Shown: positions 35,634 through 44,348 of the stretch, piece by piece
Position numbering within the stretch: position 1 is the first letter of the stretch
Layout: every line of letters starts with the position of its first letter
NCBI GenBank assembly: GCA_036269175.1
Contig: DATASS010000840.1
Span: 1,837-65,836, forward strand
Direction of reading: 5' to 3'
DNA length: 64,000 bases
DNA from: Kofleriaceae bacterium
GTDB taxonomy: Bacteria > Myxococcota_A > Polyangia > Haliangiales > Haliangiaceae
The notes under the pieces: model-generated
The model's input: only the letters and a program-made list of their open reading frames with translations
Told to the model about the DNA's origin: nothing
Databases searched by the model: none
Program-made: the position numbers and the translations under genes

Positions 35634-38600
35634 TCAGAATCTCGCCCGAACCCCGAGCTGAACCTGCAGGGGGTCACCGGCACCACTCTGGACCGTACCG
35701 TCGAAGTTGAAGACGAGGTTGGTGACCTCGGGGCGGCGAAGGTTCCTGGAGTTGAACAGGTTGAAGGCCTCCAGCACGGGTTCGACGATGAACTGGCCGG
35801 TGTGAAACTCTCGGGACAAGCGCACGTCCAGAGACGAGAACGCGTTGTCTTTTCGACCCAGGTTGCGTTGCGTGACGGAGCCGTCGGGATTGATCCGATC
35901 CTGAGGGGTCAACGCGTCGCAGCCCTTGGCGCACCCTGGACCGTTGAAGTCAATCGATTTCGGCTGGGGCGAACGATAAGAGTATCGGGCGTTGAGGTCA
36001 ACGCCGCCGGGTAGCTGGGCGAGCAACCAGCCATTCAAACGATGTGTCTGATCGCGATCCGACAGGCCCCACTCGGCGTTGAGATCGGTGATCTTGGCGT
36101 AACGAAACGAGAACGGATCTCTCTCGTTGTCGTCGTCGGAGCGATCCTTGGAGTACGTGTAGTTGAGCTCGAAGGCGAGGTGGTGCGATAACTCCTTGCG
36201 AAGACCTAGCGTGACACCCCAGTACTTGCTGCGTGCAGTCGATTCCACGACGGTCAGCGTGTTGATGCCGTTGGTGCCGTCCGCGCCCAGGCCCGTGCTC
36301 CAGGGCGAACCGAGGACTGGGTCGTTGCGGTTGGCGAACCGCGTGAGGAAGTCGGTTTTTGCATAGTTGAAGGTGATGGAGGTACTGAGGCCTGCTTCGA
36401 GCACCCGCTCGACGGCCAGGCTGAACGCCGCGGTGCGCGGGTTGCGGAAGTGCTTGTCGAAGGCGGTCACGTCCGGCCGGACAGGATCGCCCGTCTCCGA
36501 CTGGGGAATGAGCTTGCCATAAGCTGGAACCGGTCCGAGGACATTCATGAGCGCCGAGCTGCGAGACAACGTCTGACCGATACTGCCATTGTTGGTTCGA
36601 CTCGAAGCGAGAACCAGCCCGGGGACTCGCGAGTAGTAGATTCCCCCGGTTCCGCGAATGACCGTGGTGCTGTCTCCGAGCGCGTCGACGGCGACGGCCA
36701 GGCGAGGCTGCACCATGCCGTAGTCCGAGGGAATGGTCCCGTCCGAGGGAAACTCCTGGCCGTTTCTCGTCTGACCGATGAAGTTGGCGTAGAACACCTT
36801 GTCCGGCGGTGTGATCGGGTCGGGCTGGATCTGGGCTTCCCATCGAAGACCGTAATCGAGCCTCACGCGCGGGTGCACCTGCCACGTGTCCTGGATGAAG
36901 GCTGCGGTCTCATGTACCGTCATCGATTGCGTTCCCGCTTCTTCGGCGGTCCGCCCACCCACTCCTGCAGCCTGCAGATAAGTGAGCACTGGGCCGACGA
37001 TGTCAGTTCCGGCAGGACACGTCCCCGACTCCGAAGAGCTACCGTCTGAACACTCGACGTAGCTGGGATTACGGACGAAGTTCAGGAAGCCGTCGGTAGA
37101 GCTGAAGATGTAGCGACCGTTGGCAAAGCCGCGGAAGATCTGTGAGATGTTCGTCCGATTGTATTCCACGCCCGCCTTGACCAGATGCCTGCCGCGCACC
37201 ACCGAGATGTTGTCGTTGAGCTGAATTCGCGTGTCGTCGTAGTCGACGGGAATGAAGAACGGCATCCCGAAGCGGTAGCTGCGCTCGAAATCGAATGCGG
37301 TGTCGGGGAGCGGACGGTCCTCACCGTTGAGCGACGGGCCGTCGTACGACCGCGGGCGATCCTCGCGGGCCAGCTGGAAACGGAACTCATTGTACCAGCT
37401 CGGCGCCAGCGTCGAGAGCAGCGTACCGGTGAGGGCGTGGGAGGAATCCTTCTCCACCGCGTTGGCGCTGCGGCCCCAGGAATCGACGTCGAACGTGCCG
37501 TTCTTCTGCTCGGACCAGGTGTAATTGTAGCGCAGCGTGAGCAAGTTGTCGCCATTGACATGCCAGTCGACCTTGGCGAGGTAGACGCGGGCATCATCGG
37601 TGCGGGTGATGGATCCGTTTTCATCCGGGCTGCCAAGCGCGGCCAGAGCGTCGACCACGCGCTGCTCGATGCGAGACGGGTCGGTCTGCTTGGTGGAGCG
37701 GCCGCGTTGAACGTCGAGGGACGTGAAGAAGAACGCCTTGTCCTTCACGATCGGACCGCCCAAGGTGAAACCGACCTGCTCTTGGTCGAAGGCGAAGTTG
37801 GGATCGGTCGAGCCGTCCGCTTTCTGGCCGCGCGCCGAGAGCGCGTCGTCCTTGCCAAAGAGATGTGCGGTGCCGGCGAAGTCGTTGGTGCCAGACTTCG
37901 TCAGGACCGTGACGAAGCCCGAGCTGGACCGTCCAAACTCGGCGTTGGCGCCGTTGGCCACGACGACCACCTGCTCGACGGCATCGAGGTTGAAGGTGAA
38001 GGCGGGCCGCTGGCCGCCCCGCTGCTCGCCGAAGAATGGATTGTTGAAGTCGGCGCCATCGACCATCACGTTGTTGTGAATGCCGCGTTGGCCGTTGACC
38101 GAGATCTCGTCGCCATCGGGGCCCTGTACGATGGTCACACCGGGTGTCAGCGTCATGAGACCGAGGAAATTGCGTCCATTGTTCGGAAGCCCTGCCACGG
38201 CGTCCGAGTCGAAACTCGTCGAGACCCCGGCGCGCCGGTCGAGGGCCGATGCCTTGCCGGACACTTCGATGACTTCGCCGGTGGGCCACATGACGATGCT
38301 CACGATGACGCTGGCCCCCACCGAGACCCTGATGGCACGGGTTTCGGGGACGTAGCCGGTCAGCTCCGCAGCGATCTCGTAGTCTCCAGTCGGCAATAGC
38401 GGCGCCAGGAACCGGCCCTCGTCGTCGGCCACGTAGCTTCGTTTCAGGTTCGTCCCGACGTTGCGCAGCAAGACCGTGGCACCGGCAAGGCTCTTCCCGT
38501 CTCCGTCCACGACGGCGCCTTCGACGACGCCAGTCGTGGCCTGCGACTGACCCAGCACACTCGTCGGGATCAGCCAGAGAATCGCAACCGCAGCGATCCA

Positions 38601-38717
38601 TCCGGCTCTACCGCGAGGATTCCGCGTGCCCCTCCCTGTCACGCCATCGCGTGAGGCGAATAGGAATGGAAAGAGGCACCGAGCGACGCGACGAACAGCG
38701 ATGGTTTCTGTGCGCAT
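35634..38717 (-). CDS. Oar-like TonB-dependent transporter (carboxypeptidase-regulatory-like domain + barrel)
   Basis: TGVVEGAVVDGDGKSLAGATVLL, plug region (NGRNFLGLMTLTPGV...VNGQRGIHNNVMVDGADFNNPFFG), and C-terminal ...GVRARF. G+C is visibly lower than in neighbouring genes. The true start may be an internal GTG near 38642. Confidence 0.85.
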   Translation of the reverse strand: MRTETIAVRRVARCLFPFLFASRDGVTGRGTRNPRGRAGWIAAVAILWLIPTSVLGQSQATTGVVEGAVVDGDGKSLAGATVLLRNVGTNLKRSYVADDEGRFLAPLLPTGDYEIAAELTGYVPETRAIRVSVGASVIVSIVMWPTGEVIEVSGKASALDRRAGVSTSFDSDAVAGLPNNGRNFLGLMTLTPGVTIVQGPDGDEISVNGQRGIHNNVMVDGADFNNPFFGEQRGGQRPAFTFNLDAVEQVVVVANGANAEFGRSSSGFVTVLTKSGTNDFAGTAHLFGKDDALSARGQKADGSTDPNFAFDQEQVGFTLGGPIVKDKAFFFTSLDVQRGRSTKQTDPSRIEQRVVDALAALGSPDENGSITRTDDARVYLAKVDWHVNGDNLLTLRYNYTWSEQKNGTFDVDSWGRSANAVEKDSSHALTGTLLSTLAPSWYNEFRFQLAREDRPRSYDGPSLNGEDRPLPDTAFDFERSYRFGMPFFIPVDYDDTRIQLNDNISVVRGRHLVKAGVEYNRTNISQIFRGFANGRYIFSSTDGFLNFVRNPSYVECSDGSSSESGTCPAGTDIVGPVLTYLQAAGVGGRTAEEAGTQSMTVHETAAFIQDTWQVHPRVRLDYGLRWEAQIQPDPITPPDKVFYANFIGQTRNGQEFPSDGTIPSDYGMVQPRLAVAVDALGDSTTVIRGTGGIYYSRVPGLVLASSRTNNGSIGQTLSRSSALMNVLGPVPAYGKLIPQSETGDPVRPDVTAFDKHFRNPRTAAFSLAVERVLEAGLSTSITFNYAKTDFLTRFANRNDPVLGSPWSTGLGADGTNGINTLTVVESTARSKYWGVTLGLRKELSHHLAFELNYTYSKDRSDDDNERDPFSFRYAKITDLNAEWGLSDRDQTHRLNGWLLAQLPGGVDLNARYSYRSPQPKSIDFNGPGCAKGCDALTPQDRINPDGSVTQRNLGRKDNAFSSLDVRLSREFHTGQFIVEPVLEAFNLFNSRNLRRPEVTNLVFNFDGTVQSGAGDPLQVQLGVRARF

Positions 38718-39120
38718 GAGTAAATGAAACCGGCGTTTCGGAGAATGGCGCGAGAATAGGTAAGCTCGGGATAGCAGGCAAGCGTTTGGCGGCGCCTTTG
38801 GATGGATCCATTCGAGGCGCCGGTGTGGATCCAGGTGGGCGGCGGCGGCGGCGGCGTGGAGCGGTCAGCGGGCAGCGGCGCCGGTCGAGGGATGACCGGA
38901 CGATGCGCTGGATGGTCGCGGGGTCGTGGTACTCGAAGTCATCCTGGATGACCAGAAGGCGCGGCGGCGGCACGATCGGCGTCGGTGGCAATGCCAGGAG
39001 TGGCAAGGACACTCCAGCGGGGTTTCGGACGCTCCACGGGATGCCTCGATGTGCCGCGAGGTGGGATTGGCAGCCATCCAGGCAGCGCAAACCCCAGGCA
39101 GTCGGGCGCGACGGAGACGA

Positions 39121-39288
39121 ACACTCTCGGCTACTTTTGGCAGCGGGATCCTCGACTCGGTCTACCATCTCAGCTTTACATTCCCGCACTCGGTGTCGGA
39201 CCTGGCGCTGACGTTCTCGGGAATCGGACTGGAAAGTCTGGGCAACGAGGGTTGGGGACTCGACAATGTCTCGGTGACTGTTCACGAG
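39121..39288 (+). other. possible relic of a protein C-terminal domain (no intact ORF context)
   Basis: The frame translates to protein-like TLSATFGSGILDSVYHLSFTFPHSVSDLALTFSGIGLESLGNEGWGLDNVSVTVHE. There is no credible N-terminus, and the frame then runs antisense into the next gene. Confidence 0.3.
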
Positions 39289-39323
39289 CGATTTCGGCGC
39301 CCCTCGAGCCGCAGCCTGCGCGG

Positions 39324-40712
39324 TCACGCCGCGAACGACGCGAGGACCGCGACCGCGCGGGCGATGTCGCGGCGGCTGGTGGCCAGGCCGAGCGACAGCC
39401 GCACGGCACCGACGGGACGGCCCAGGCATCCCGCGATGCGGAGCGGCGAGACGTCGTCGCCACTGGCCGCCAGGCAGGCCGCAAGGGCGGCTGGATCGAG
39501 TCCGAATGCCGCCTCGGCCGCGCCCGGGTTGCAGAAGCAGCCGCCGCGCACGGCGACGCCGGCCTCGCGGGCGCGGCCCTCGACCACCCGGTACGGCACG
39601 ACGTCGCCGCGCGGATCGCGGACGTTGAGCGCCACGGTGCCGCCGCGGCCGGCGGAGCCGGGCGGGCCGTACAGCTGGACGACCGGAGCGCCGCACGCGT
39701 GGCGCAGCGCCACGAGGTCGTCGAGCAGCGCACGGGTGAGCCGGGCGACGTGGGCGGACAGCCGGGGCATCCCGACCTCGGTGAGCAGCGCGAAGCCGGC
39801 CGGCAGCGCGGCGAGGCCGAGGAAGTCGGGCGTGCCGTCCTCGAAGCCGGCGTGACCGGGGTGCAGGCGGTGCATATCGGCGCCCACCGAGGCGTAGGCG
39901 ACCGTGCCGCCCGCGAACCACGGCCGGGCCAGCCGGGCGAGCGCGTCGCGCCGGGCGATCAGCGCGCCGGCACCCGTCGGGTAGCCAAACAGCTTGTGGA
40001 ACGACACCACCGCGAAATCGGCCGGGCATGCGCGCAGGCTGAGCGGGTGGCTGGGCGCGAACGCCGCGGCGTCGAGCAGGACGTCGAACCCGAGCGCGCG
40101 GGCGCGCGCGACCAGCGCCAGCGGATGGCACACGCCGGAGAAGTTGGACTGCGCGGGCAACGCGACCAGCCCACCGCCGCGCGCGGCGCACTCGGCCAGC
40201 CGCGGCTCCGGGTCGGCGAGCCGGAGCTCGGCGTCGAGCGGCAGGATGGTCACCGCGGCGCCGGCCCGGCGCGCGTACTCGCGCAGGCCGTTGACCGAGT
40301 TGTGGTTGTCGGCGGACAGCACGAGCTGGGCGCGCGGGCCGAACCGGTAGCTCTCGGCGACCAGCTTGATCGCCGCCGACGCGTTGGCGGTGAAGCACAC
40401 GTCGTGGGTCGCGTCGTCGGCGTCGAACCAGGCCAGCACCTGGCGCCGGGCGCGCTCGATCGCGGCCGCGGCGTCGCGCGATGGCGCCGACTCGGAGTGC
40501 GGGTTGCCGAGCACGCCGCCGGCGAGCAGCGCGTGGTGGGCGCGTACCTGCGAGGCCCCGTACAGCGCGGTGGCCGCGTAGTCGAGGTAGGCCAGGCCGC
40601 GGGCGTCGAGCCGGGCGAACTCGCGGGCGCGCAGCGCAGCAAAGTCGAGCGCGGTGTCGAGCGCAACGTCGAGATCCGCGTCGAGCTCGATGTCGACCGG
40701 CGCGCTCAGCAT
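39324..40712 (-). CDS. class V aminotransferase / MOCOS-N-terminal-like cysteine-desulfurase-family PLP enzyme
   Basis: PLP-lysine motif VVSFHKLFGYPTGAGALI, GNPHS, and C-terminal CFCNPGAAE. Its start overlaps the upstream stop (ATGCTGA). Confidence 0.85.
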   Translation of the reverse strand: MLSAPVDIELDADLDVALDTALDFAALRAREFARLDARGLAYLDYAATALYGASQVRAHHALLAGGVLGNPHSESAPSRDAAAAIERARRQVLAWFDADDATHDVCFTANASAAIKLVAESYRFGPRAQLVLSADNHNSVNGLREYARRAGAAVTILPLDAELRLADPEPRLAECAARGGGLVALPAQSNFSGVCHPLALVARARALGFDVLLDAAAFAPSHPLSLRACPADFAVVSFHKLFGYPTGAGALIARRDALARLARPWFAGGTVAYASVGADMHRLHPGHAGFEDGTPDFLGLAALPAGFALLTEVGMPRLSAHVARLTRALLDDLVALRHACGAPVVQLYGPPGSAGRGGTVALNVRDPRGDVVPYRVVEGRAREAGVAVRGGCFCNPGAAEAAFGLDPAALAACLAASGDDVSPLRIAGCLGRPVGAVRLSLGLATSRRDIARAVAVLASFAA

Positions 40713-41350
40713 CCCCGCCCCCGGGCCAGCCGCACGTCGAGCTCGCCGGCCTGCACGGTGCGATCGATCCGGCGCGGCGTGCCGCCGAACCACCGGCTGA
40801 GCTCGGCGACGTCGGCGAACGCGGCCAGCGCCTCCCGCGGCGCGTCGGCGGCGATCGCCGGGCTCATCACGTCGTCGAGCCACTCGCGCAGGCCGCCGCG
40901 CAGGAACAACACGCGGCGATGGCCGAGCGCACGCAGGAACACCCAGGCCTGGGCGCCATGGATGCCGGCCTCGGAGTACAGCACCACGGTCTCGTCGCGC
41001 CCGAATCGCGTCGCGGCCAGGGCCTCGAGCGCGACGTGCTCGGCGCCGGGGACATGGAAGATCCGGAACTCGGGCGCGGTCCGCAGGTCGATCACGCGCA
41101 GCCCCGGCCGCCGCGCGCGGATCCAGCGCGCCAGCTCGACGGCGGACACATGGTCCTCCTGGTCGGCGACGATCCGCGCCAGCTCGGCGACGTCGATCGA
41201 ACCCGATGCCGAGCCCGACGCCGCGCCGACGCCTGCCGCCGGGCGCCCCGTGCCAGTCCCTGCCCGGCCATACGGGCTACCGGCCAGCGGCGCAAGCGCG
41301 CCGGCCAGCGCCGCGACTCCGGCGAGCCAGCGCCGCCATACACGGGTCAC
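40706..41350 (-). CDS. rhodanese-homology-domain protein lacking the catalytic Cys
   Basis: GTGA overlap with the upstream gene and a signal/anchor-like N-terminus. The rhodanese fold is recognisable (VIDLRTAPEFRIFHVPGAEHV), but the active-site position reads LYSEAGIHGAQA (Ser, not Cys). The protein ends ...GRGC*. Confidence 0.75.
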   Translation of the reverse strand: MTRVWRRWLAGVAALAGALAPLAGSPYGRAGTGTGRPAAGVGAASGSASGSIDVAELARIVADQEDHVSAVELARWIRARRPGLRVIDLRTAPEFRIFHVPGAEHVALEALAATRFGRDETVVLYSEAGIHGAQAWVFLRALGHRRVLFLRGGLREWLDDVMSPAIAADAPREALAAFADVAELSRWFGGTPRRIDRTVQAGELDVRLARGRGC

Positions 41351-42000
41351 GGCGCGCCTCCGGGCGACACCGCGATCGCGCCATCGCTCCTCGCCCTGCC
41401 CATCGCGGCCGATGCCTCGCTCGCCGCCGCCGCCCGCGCGCCGAGCCGCTCGACCGCGGCGAACCCAACGAGCGCGATCGCGACCACCGCCAGGACGACC
41501 ACGCCGTACGGCACGCCGAGCCACGCCGGCACGGTCAGCGCGCCGCGCGGCGTGGCCTCGTACAACCCGCGCAGCGGGGAGAACAGTGCGCCGGTCGCGA
41601 GCACGCCGGCGACCATGCCGAGCACCACGGCGAGCCCGTCGCCCCGCCCGCTCGCCGCGGCGACGCACGAGGTGCCCGGGCACAGCCCGCCGAGCGCGAG
41701 GCCGGCGCCGAACACGACCCCACCGACGGCCTGGGGGACAAGCCACGTCTCGGGCACGTAGATCCGCGACAGATCGAGCACGCCGAGCCAGCCGAGCCAG
41801 AACACGCCGAGCATCGCGACGACGATCGCGGTGAACATGACCTTGAACACGGTGAAGTCCGAGCCGTGGAACTGGCCGACCAGCTTCCGGGCGCTGCCCA
41901 GGCCGGCGCGCTCCAGCGCGGCGCCGAACGCGAGGCCGCAGCCCGCCGCGGTCGCCAGCGCGGCGCCGCCGGTGTCGCCGTCGATCCACGGCGCGGTCAT
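41347..42000 (-). CDS. YeeE/YedE-family sulfur-compound transporter, half-size subunit
   Basis: ATGA overlap with the upstream gene. Polytopic. GGLCPGTS motif. Confidence 0.8.
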   Translation of the reverse strand: MTAPWIDGDTGGAALATAAGCGLAFGAALERAGLGSARKLVGQFHGSDFTVFKVMFTAIVVAMLGVFWLGWLGVLDLSRIYVPETWLVPQAVGGVVFGAGLALGGLCPGTSCVAAASGRGDGLAVVLGMVAGVLATGALFSPLRGLYEATPRGALTVPAWLGVPYGVVVLAVVAIALVGFAAVERLGARAAAASEASAAMGRARSDGAIAVSPGGAP

Positions 42001-42506
42001 CGCCACACCCGCCCCAGCAGCGGCGTCACGAGGTACGCCCCCGCGAACGCGGCGATCATGAACAGCCACGCGCTCGCGGCGAGCACGGCGCCGCCGGTCA
42101 GCGCGAGGCCGCTGGTGCAGCCGCGGGCGAGCACCGCGCCGGCGCCCATGATCGCGCCCCCGGCGAAGCCCAGCGCCAGCCGAGCCTGCCGCCCGGTGCG
42201 CGGGCCGCGCTCGACCGCGCCGCGCAGCCGCCCGGCCAGCCACGCCGACCCCAGCCCGCCGACCGCGACCCCGACGAGCTCGACCAGCAGCCAGTCGCGC
42301 CACGGGCCGTCGCCGGCGAGGTAGCGCGCGAAGTACGGGTTGGCCTCGGTGCCGGCGGGCGCGATCGCGTGGGCGAGCCCGGCGGCCGTGGTCGCGAACG
42401 CGCCGGACGCGCCCAGGCCGCGGCCGGTGATCACGAACGCGGCGAGCAGCACCAGGCCCAGCGCCGCGCCGGCGGCGTAGGGATCGCTGTACGGGCGGCG
42501 CGTCAC
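41997..42506 (-). CDS. YeeE/YedE-family sulfur-compound transporter, half-size subunit
   Basis: GTGA overlap with the upstream gene. Polytopic. ARGCTSGLALTG motif. Confidence 0.8.
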   Translation of the reverse strand: MTRRPYSDPYAAGAALGLVLLAAFVITGRGLGASGAFATTAAGLAHAIAPAGTEANPYFARYLAGDGPWRDWLLVELVGVAVGGLGSAWLAGRLRGAVERGPRTGRQARLALGFAGGAIMGAGAVLARGCTSGLALTGGAVLAASAWLFMIAAFAGAYLVTPLLGRVWR

Positions 42507-43465
42507 GGTGCCTGCTCGCTCCTGGGCGCCGCGCCGGCCGAGGTCTCGACCGGGTACGCGGGATGGTTGAGCGACCAGTCCTCGAACGAGCCGTCGTAGA
42601 GCATCACGCGGTAGCCGGCCCGGCGCGCCGCGAACAGCATCGCGGTGGCCTGCTGGCCGATGTGGCAGTAGCCGATCACGGTGTCGCCCGGCTTGACCCC
42701 GGCCTTCGTGAACCGGGCGCGCAGGTCGTCGGCCGGGCGCAGCACGCCCTGCTCGTCGAACACGCTGTCGAACGGCACGCTGAGCGCGCCGGCGATGTGG
42801 CCGGTCCGGTGCTTCCGATCGTGGCTCTGGCCGGTCTGCGTGCCGTCGTAGTACGCGCGATCGCGCGCGTCGATCACGGCGAACCCCGGCTTGCCGAGGC
42901 GGGACAGCACCGTGTTGGCGTCGACGACGATCGGCCGCATCGCCAGCGGCGCGAGCTTGCCGGTCCGGGCCGGCGGCGCGGCCGCGGTGACCGCGCGGTG
43001 ATCGCGCAGCCACGCGGGCAGACCGCCGTCGAGCAGCGCGGTGCGGTCGCCCAGGCCGGCGGCGTAGAGCGTGAACACCACGCGGGTGGCCGACGCCAGC
43101 TCGTCGGCGGGGCAGACCACGATCCGCGAGCCGGTCGAGATCCCGAGGGCCTCCAGGCGGCGGCGCAGATCGTCGGGCGGCGGCAGCTCGAGGTGCAACC
43201 CGTCCTTGCCCTGCATCGAGACCGAGATGTCGGACAGATCGACCCTGCGCGCCCCGGCGATGTGGGTGGCGTAACTCGCCGGCTCGCCGACGTGCAGCAC
43301 CACCACGCCCGGATCGGCGAGGTGGGCGGCGAGCCACGCCGGCGACACCACGAGCGGCATCGCGTCGGCGGGTGCGGCCGGTGCAGGAGACGGTGGGCGC
43401 GGCTCGGCGGCGGCGGTCGCCGCCAGGCCGAGCAGGAACATCAGGACGGTGGTGGATCGATTCAT
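42503..43465 (-). CDS. secreted tandem-rhodanese sulfurtransferase
   Basis: Signal MNRSTTVLMFLLGLAATAAA, two rhodanese halves, and active-site loop YCHIGQQAT. Confidence 0.85.
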   Translation of the reverse strand: MNRSTTVLMFLLGLAATAAAEPRPPSPAPAAPADAMPLVVSPAWLAAHLADPGVVVLHVGEPASYATHIAGARRVDLSDISVSMQGKDGLHLELPPPDDLRRRLEALGISTGSRIVVCPADELASATRVVFTLYAAGLGDRTALLDGGLPAWLRDHRAVTAAAPPARTGKLAPLAMRPIVVDANTVLSRLGKPGFAVIDARDRAYYDGTQTGQSHDRKHRTGHIAGALSVPFDSVFDEQGVLRPADDLRARFTKAGVKPGDTVIGYCHIGQQATAMLFAARRAGYRVMLYDGSFEDWSLNHPAYPVETSAGAAPRSEQAP

Positions 43466-43507
43466 GGCTTCGTGCTGCAGGCTGGCCCAGGCGCGCCGCG
43501 GCCGCAG

Positions 43508-43540
43508 CCGGGATGCAGCGAACCGGACCGCCGCGGCGGC
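43508..43540. repeat. direct repeat copy A (21-bp perfect core CCGGGATGCAGCGAACCGGAC)
   Basis: Identical 21-mer at 45478-45498. The similarity extends to 33 nt with 3 mismatches. It lies 43 nt upstream of the ATG at 43465. Confidence 0.9.
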
Positions 43541-43568
43541 GAGCCGGATCGGGCGGCGGCGAGCCGGC

Positions 43569-44348
43569 TCAGCGCGGCGTGCCGAACAGCCGCTCGAACT
43601 CGGCCCGCCGGGTGCGGCTCAGCTTGACCTGCGTGCCGTCGGCGAGCACCAGCGTGCAGTCGCCACGGAACAGCGGGTGGATCTCGCGGATCCGGTCGAG
43701 GTTGACGATCGCGCCCCGGTGGACCCGCACGAACCGCCGGGGATCGAGCCGGGTCTCGAGCTCGGCCATGGTCTGGCGCATCAGGTGGGTCGTCCCGCCG
43801 ACGTGCAGGGTCGCGTAGTAGTCGGTGGCCTCGATCCAGTCGATGTCCTCGCAGCGCACCGCGACGATCTTGCCCCGGGTGCGGACCAGGAACCGCGACA
43901 GCGCGCCCGGGGCGCGATCGGCCTGGTTGAGCAGCGCCAGCAGCGGATCGCCGGCTCCGGCGTCGGGGCGCTCCGGGGCGCCGCGCGCCAGGCGCTGCTT
44001 GGCGCGAGCCAGCGCGGTCAGCACCCGCGCGTCGTCGAACGGCTTGAGCACGTAGTCGACCGCGTGGACGTCGAACGCGCGCACCGCGTGGGCGTCGTAG
44101 GCGGTGACGAACACCACCGCGGGCAGCGCCTCCGGGCGCAGCGCGTCCAGCACGCCGAACCCGTCGAGCTCCGGCATCTGGACGTCGAGGAACACCAGCC
44201 GGGCCTGCGCGCGCTCGATCAGCGCCGGCGCGTCGACGCCGATGCAGTCGCCGACCACCTCCACCTCCGGGTCGGCCGCCAGCACCACGCGCAGCGCGGC
44301 GCGCGCGAGCGGCTCGTCGTCGATGATCGCGACGCGGATCGGCGTCAC
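43569..44348 (-). CDS. LytR/AlgR-family response regulator (REC + LytTR)
   Basis: GTGA overlap with the kinase gene. VAIIDDEP...[11 protein letters not shown]...LKP, then a LytTR domain ([15 protein letters not shown]...[10 protein letters not shown]). Confidence 0.9.
   Translation of the reverse strand: MTPIRVAIIDDEPLARAALRVVLAADPEVEVVGDCIGVDAPALIERAQARLVFLDVQMPELDGFGVLDALRPEALPAVVFVTAYDAHAVRAFDVHAVDYVLKPFDDARVLTALARAKQRLARGAPERPDAGAGDPLLALLNQADRAPGALSRFLVRTRGKIVAVRCEDIDWIEATDYYATLHVGGTTHLMRQTMAELETRLDPRRFVRVHRGAIVNLDRIREIHPLFRGDCTLVLADGTQVKLSRTRRAEFERLFGTPR

Noticed and set aside
38718-39323. Cobalamin or other riboswitch upstream of the TonB-dependent transporter
   Set aside because: I could not find a B12-box-like element or other conserved riboswitch cores on the minus strand. 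Only a palindrome and coding-like relics are present. A covariance-model scan would be needed to exclude this fully.
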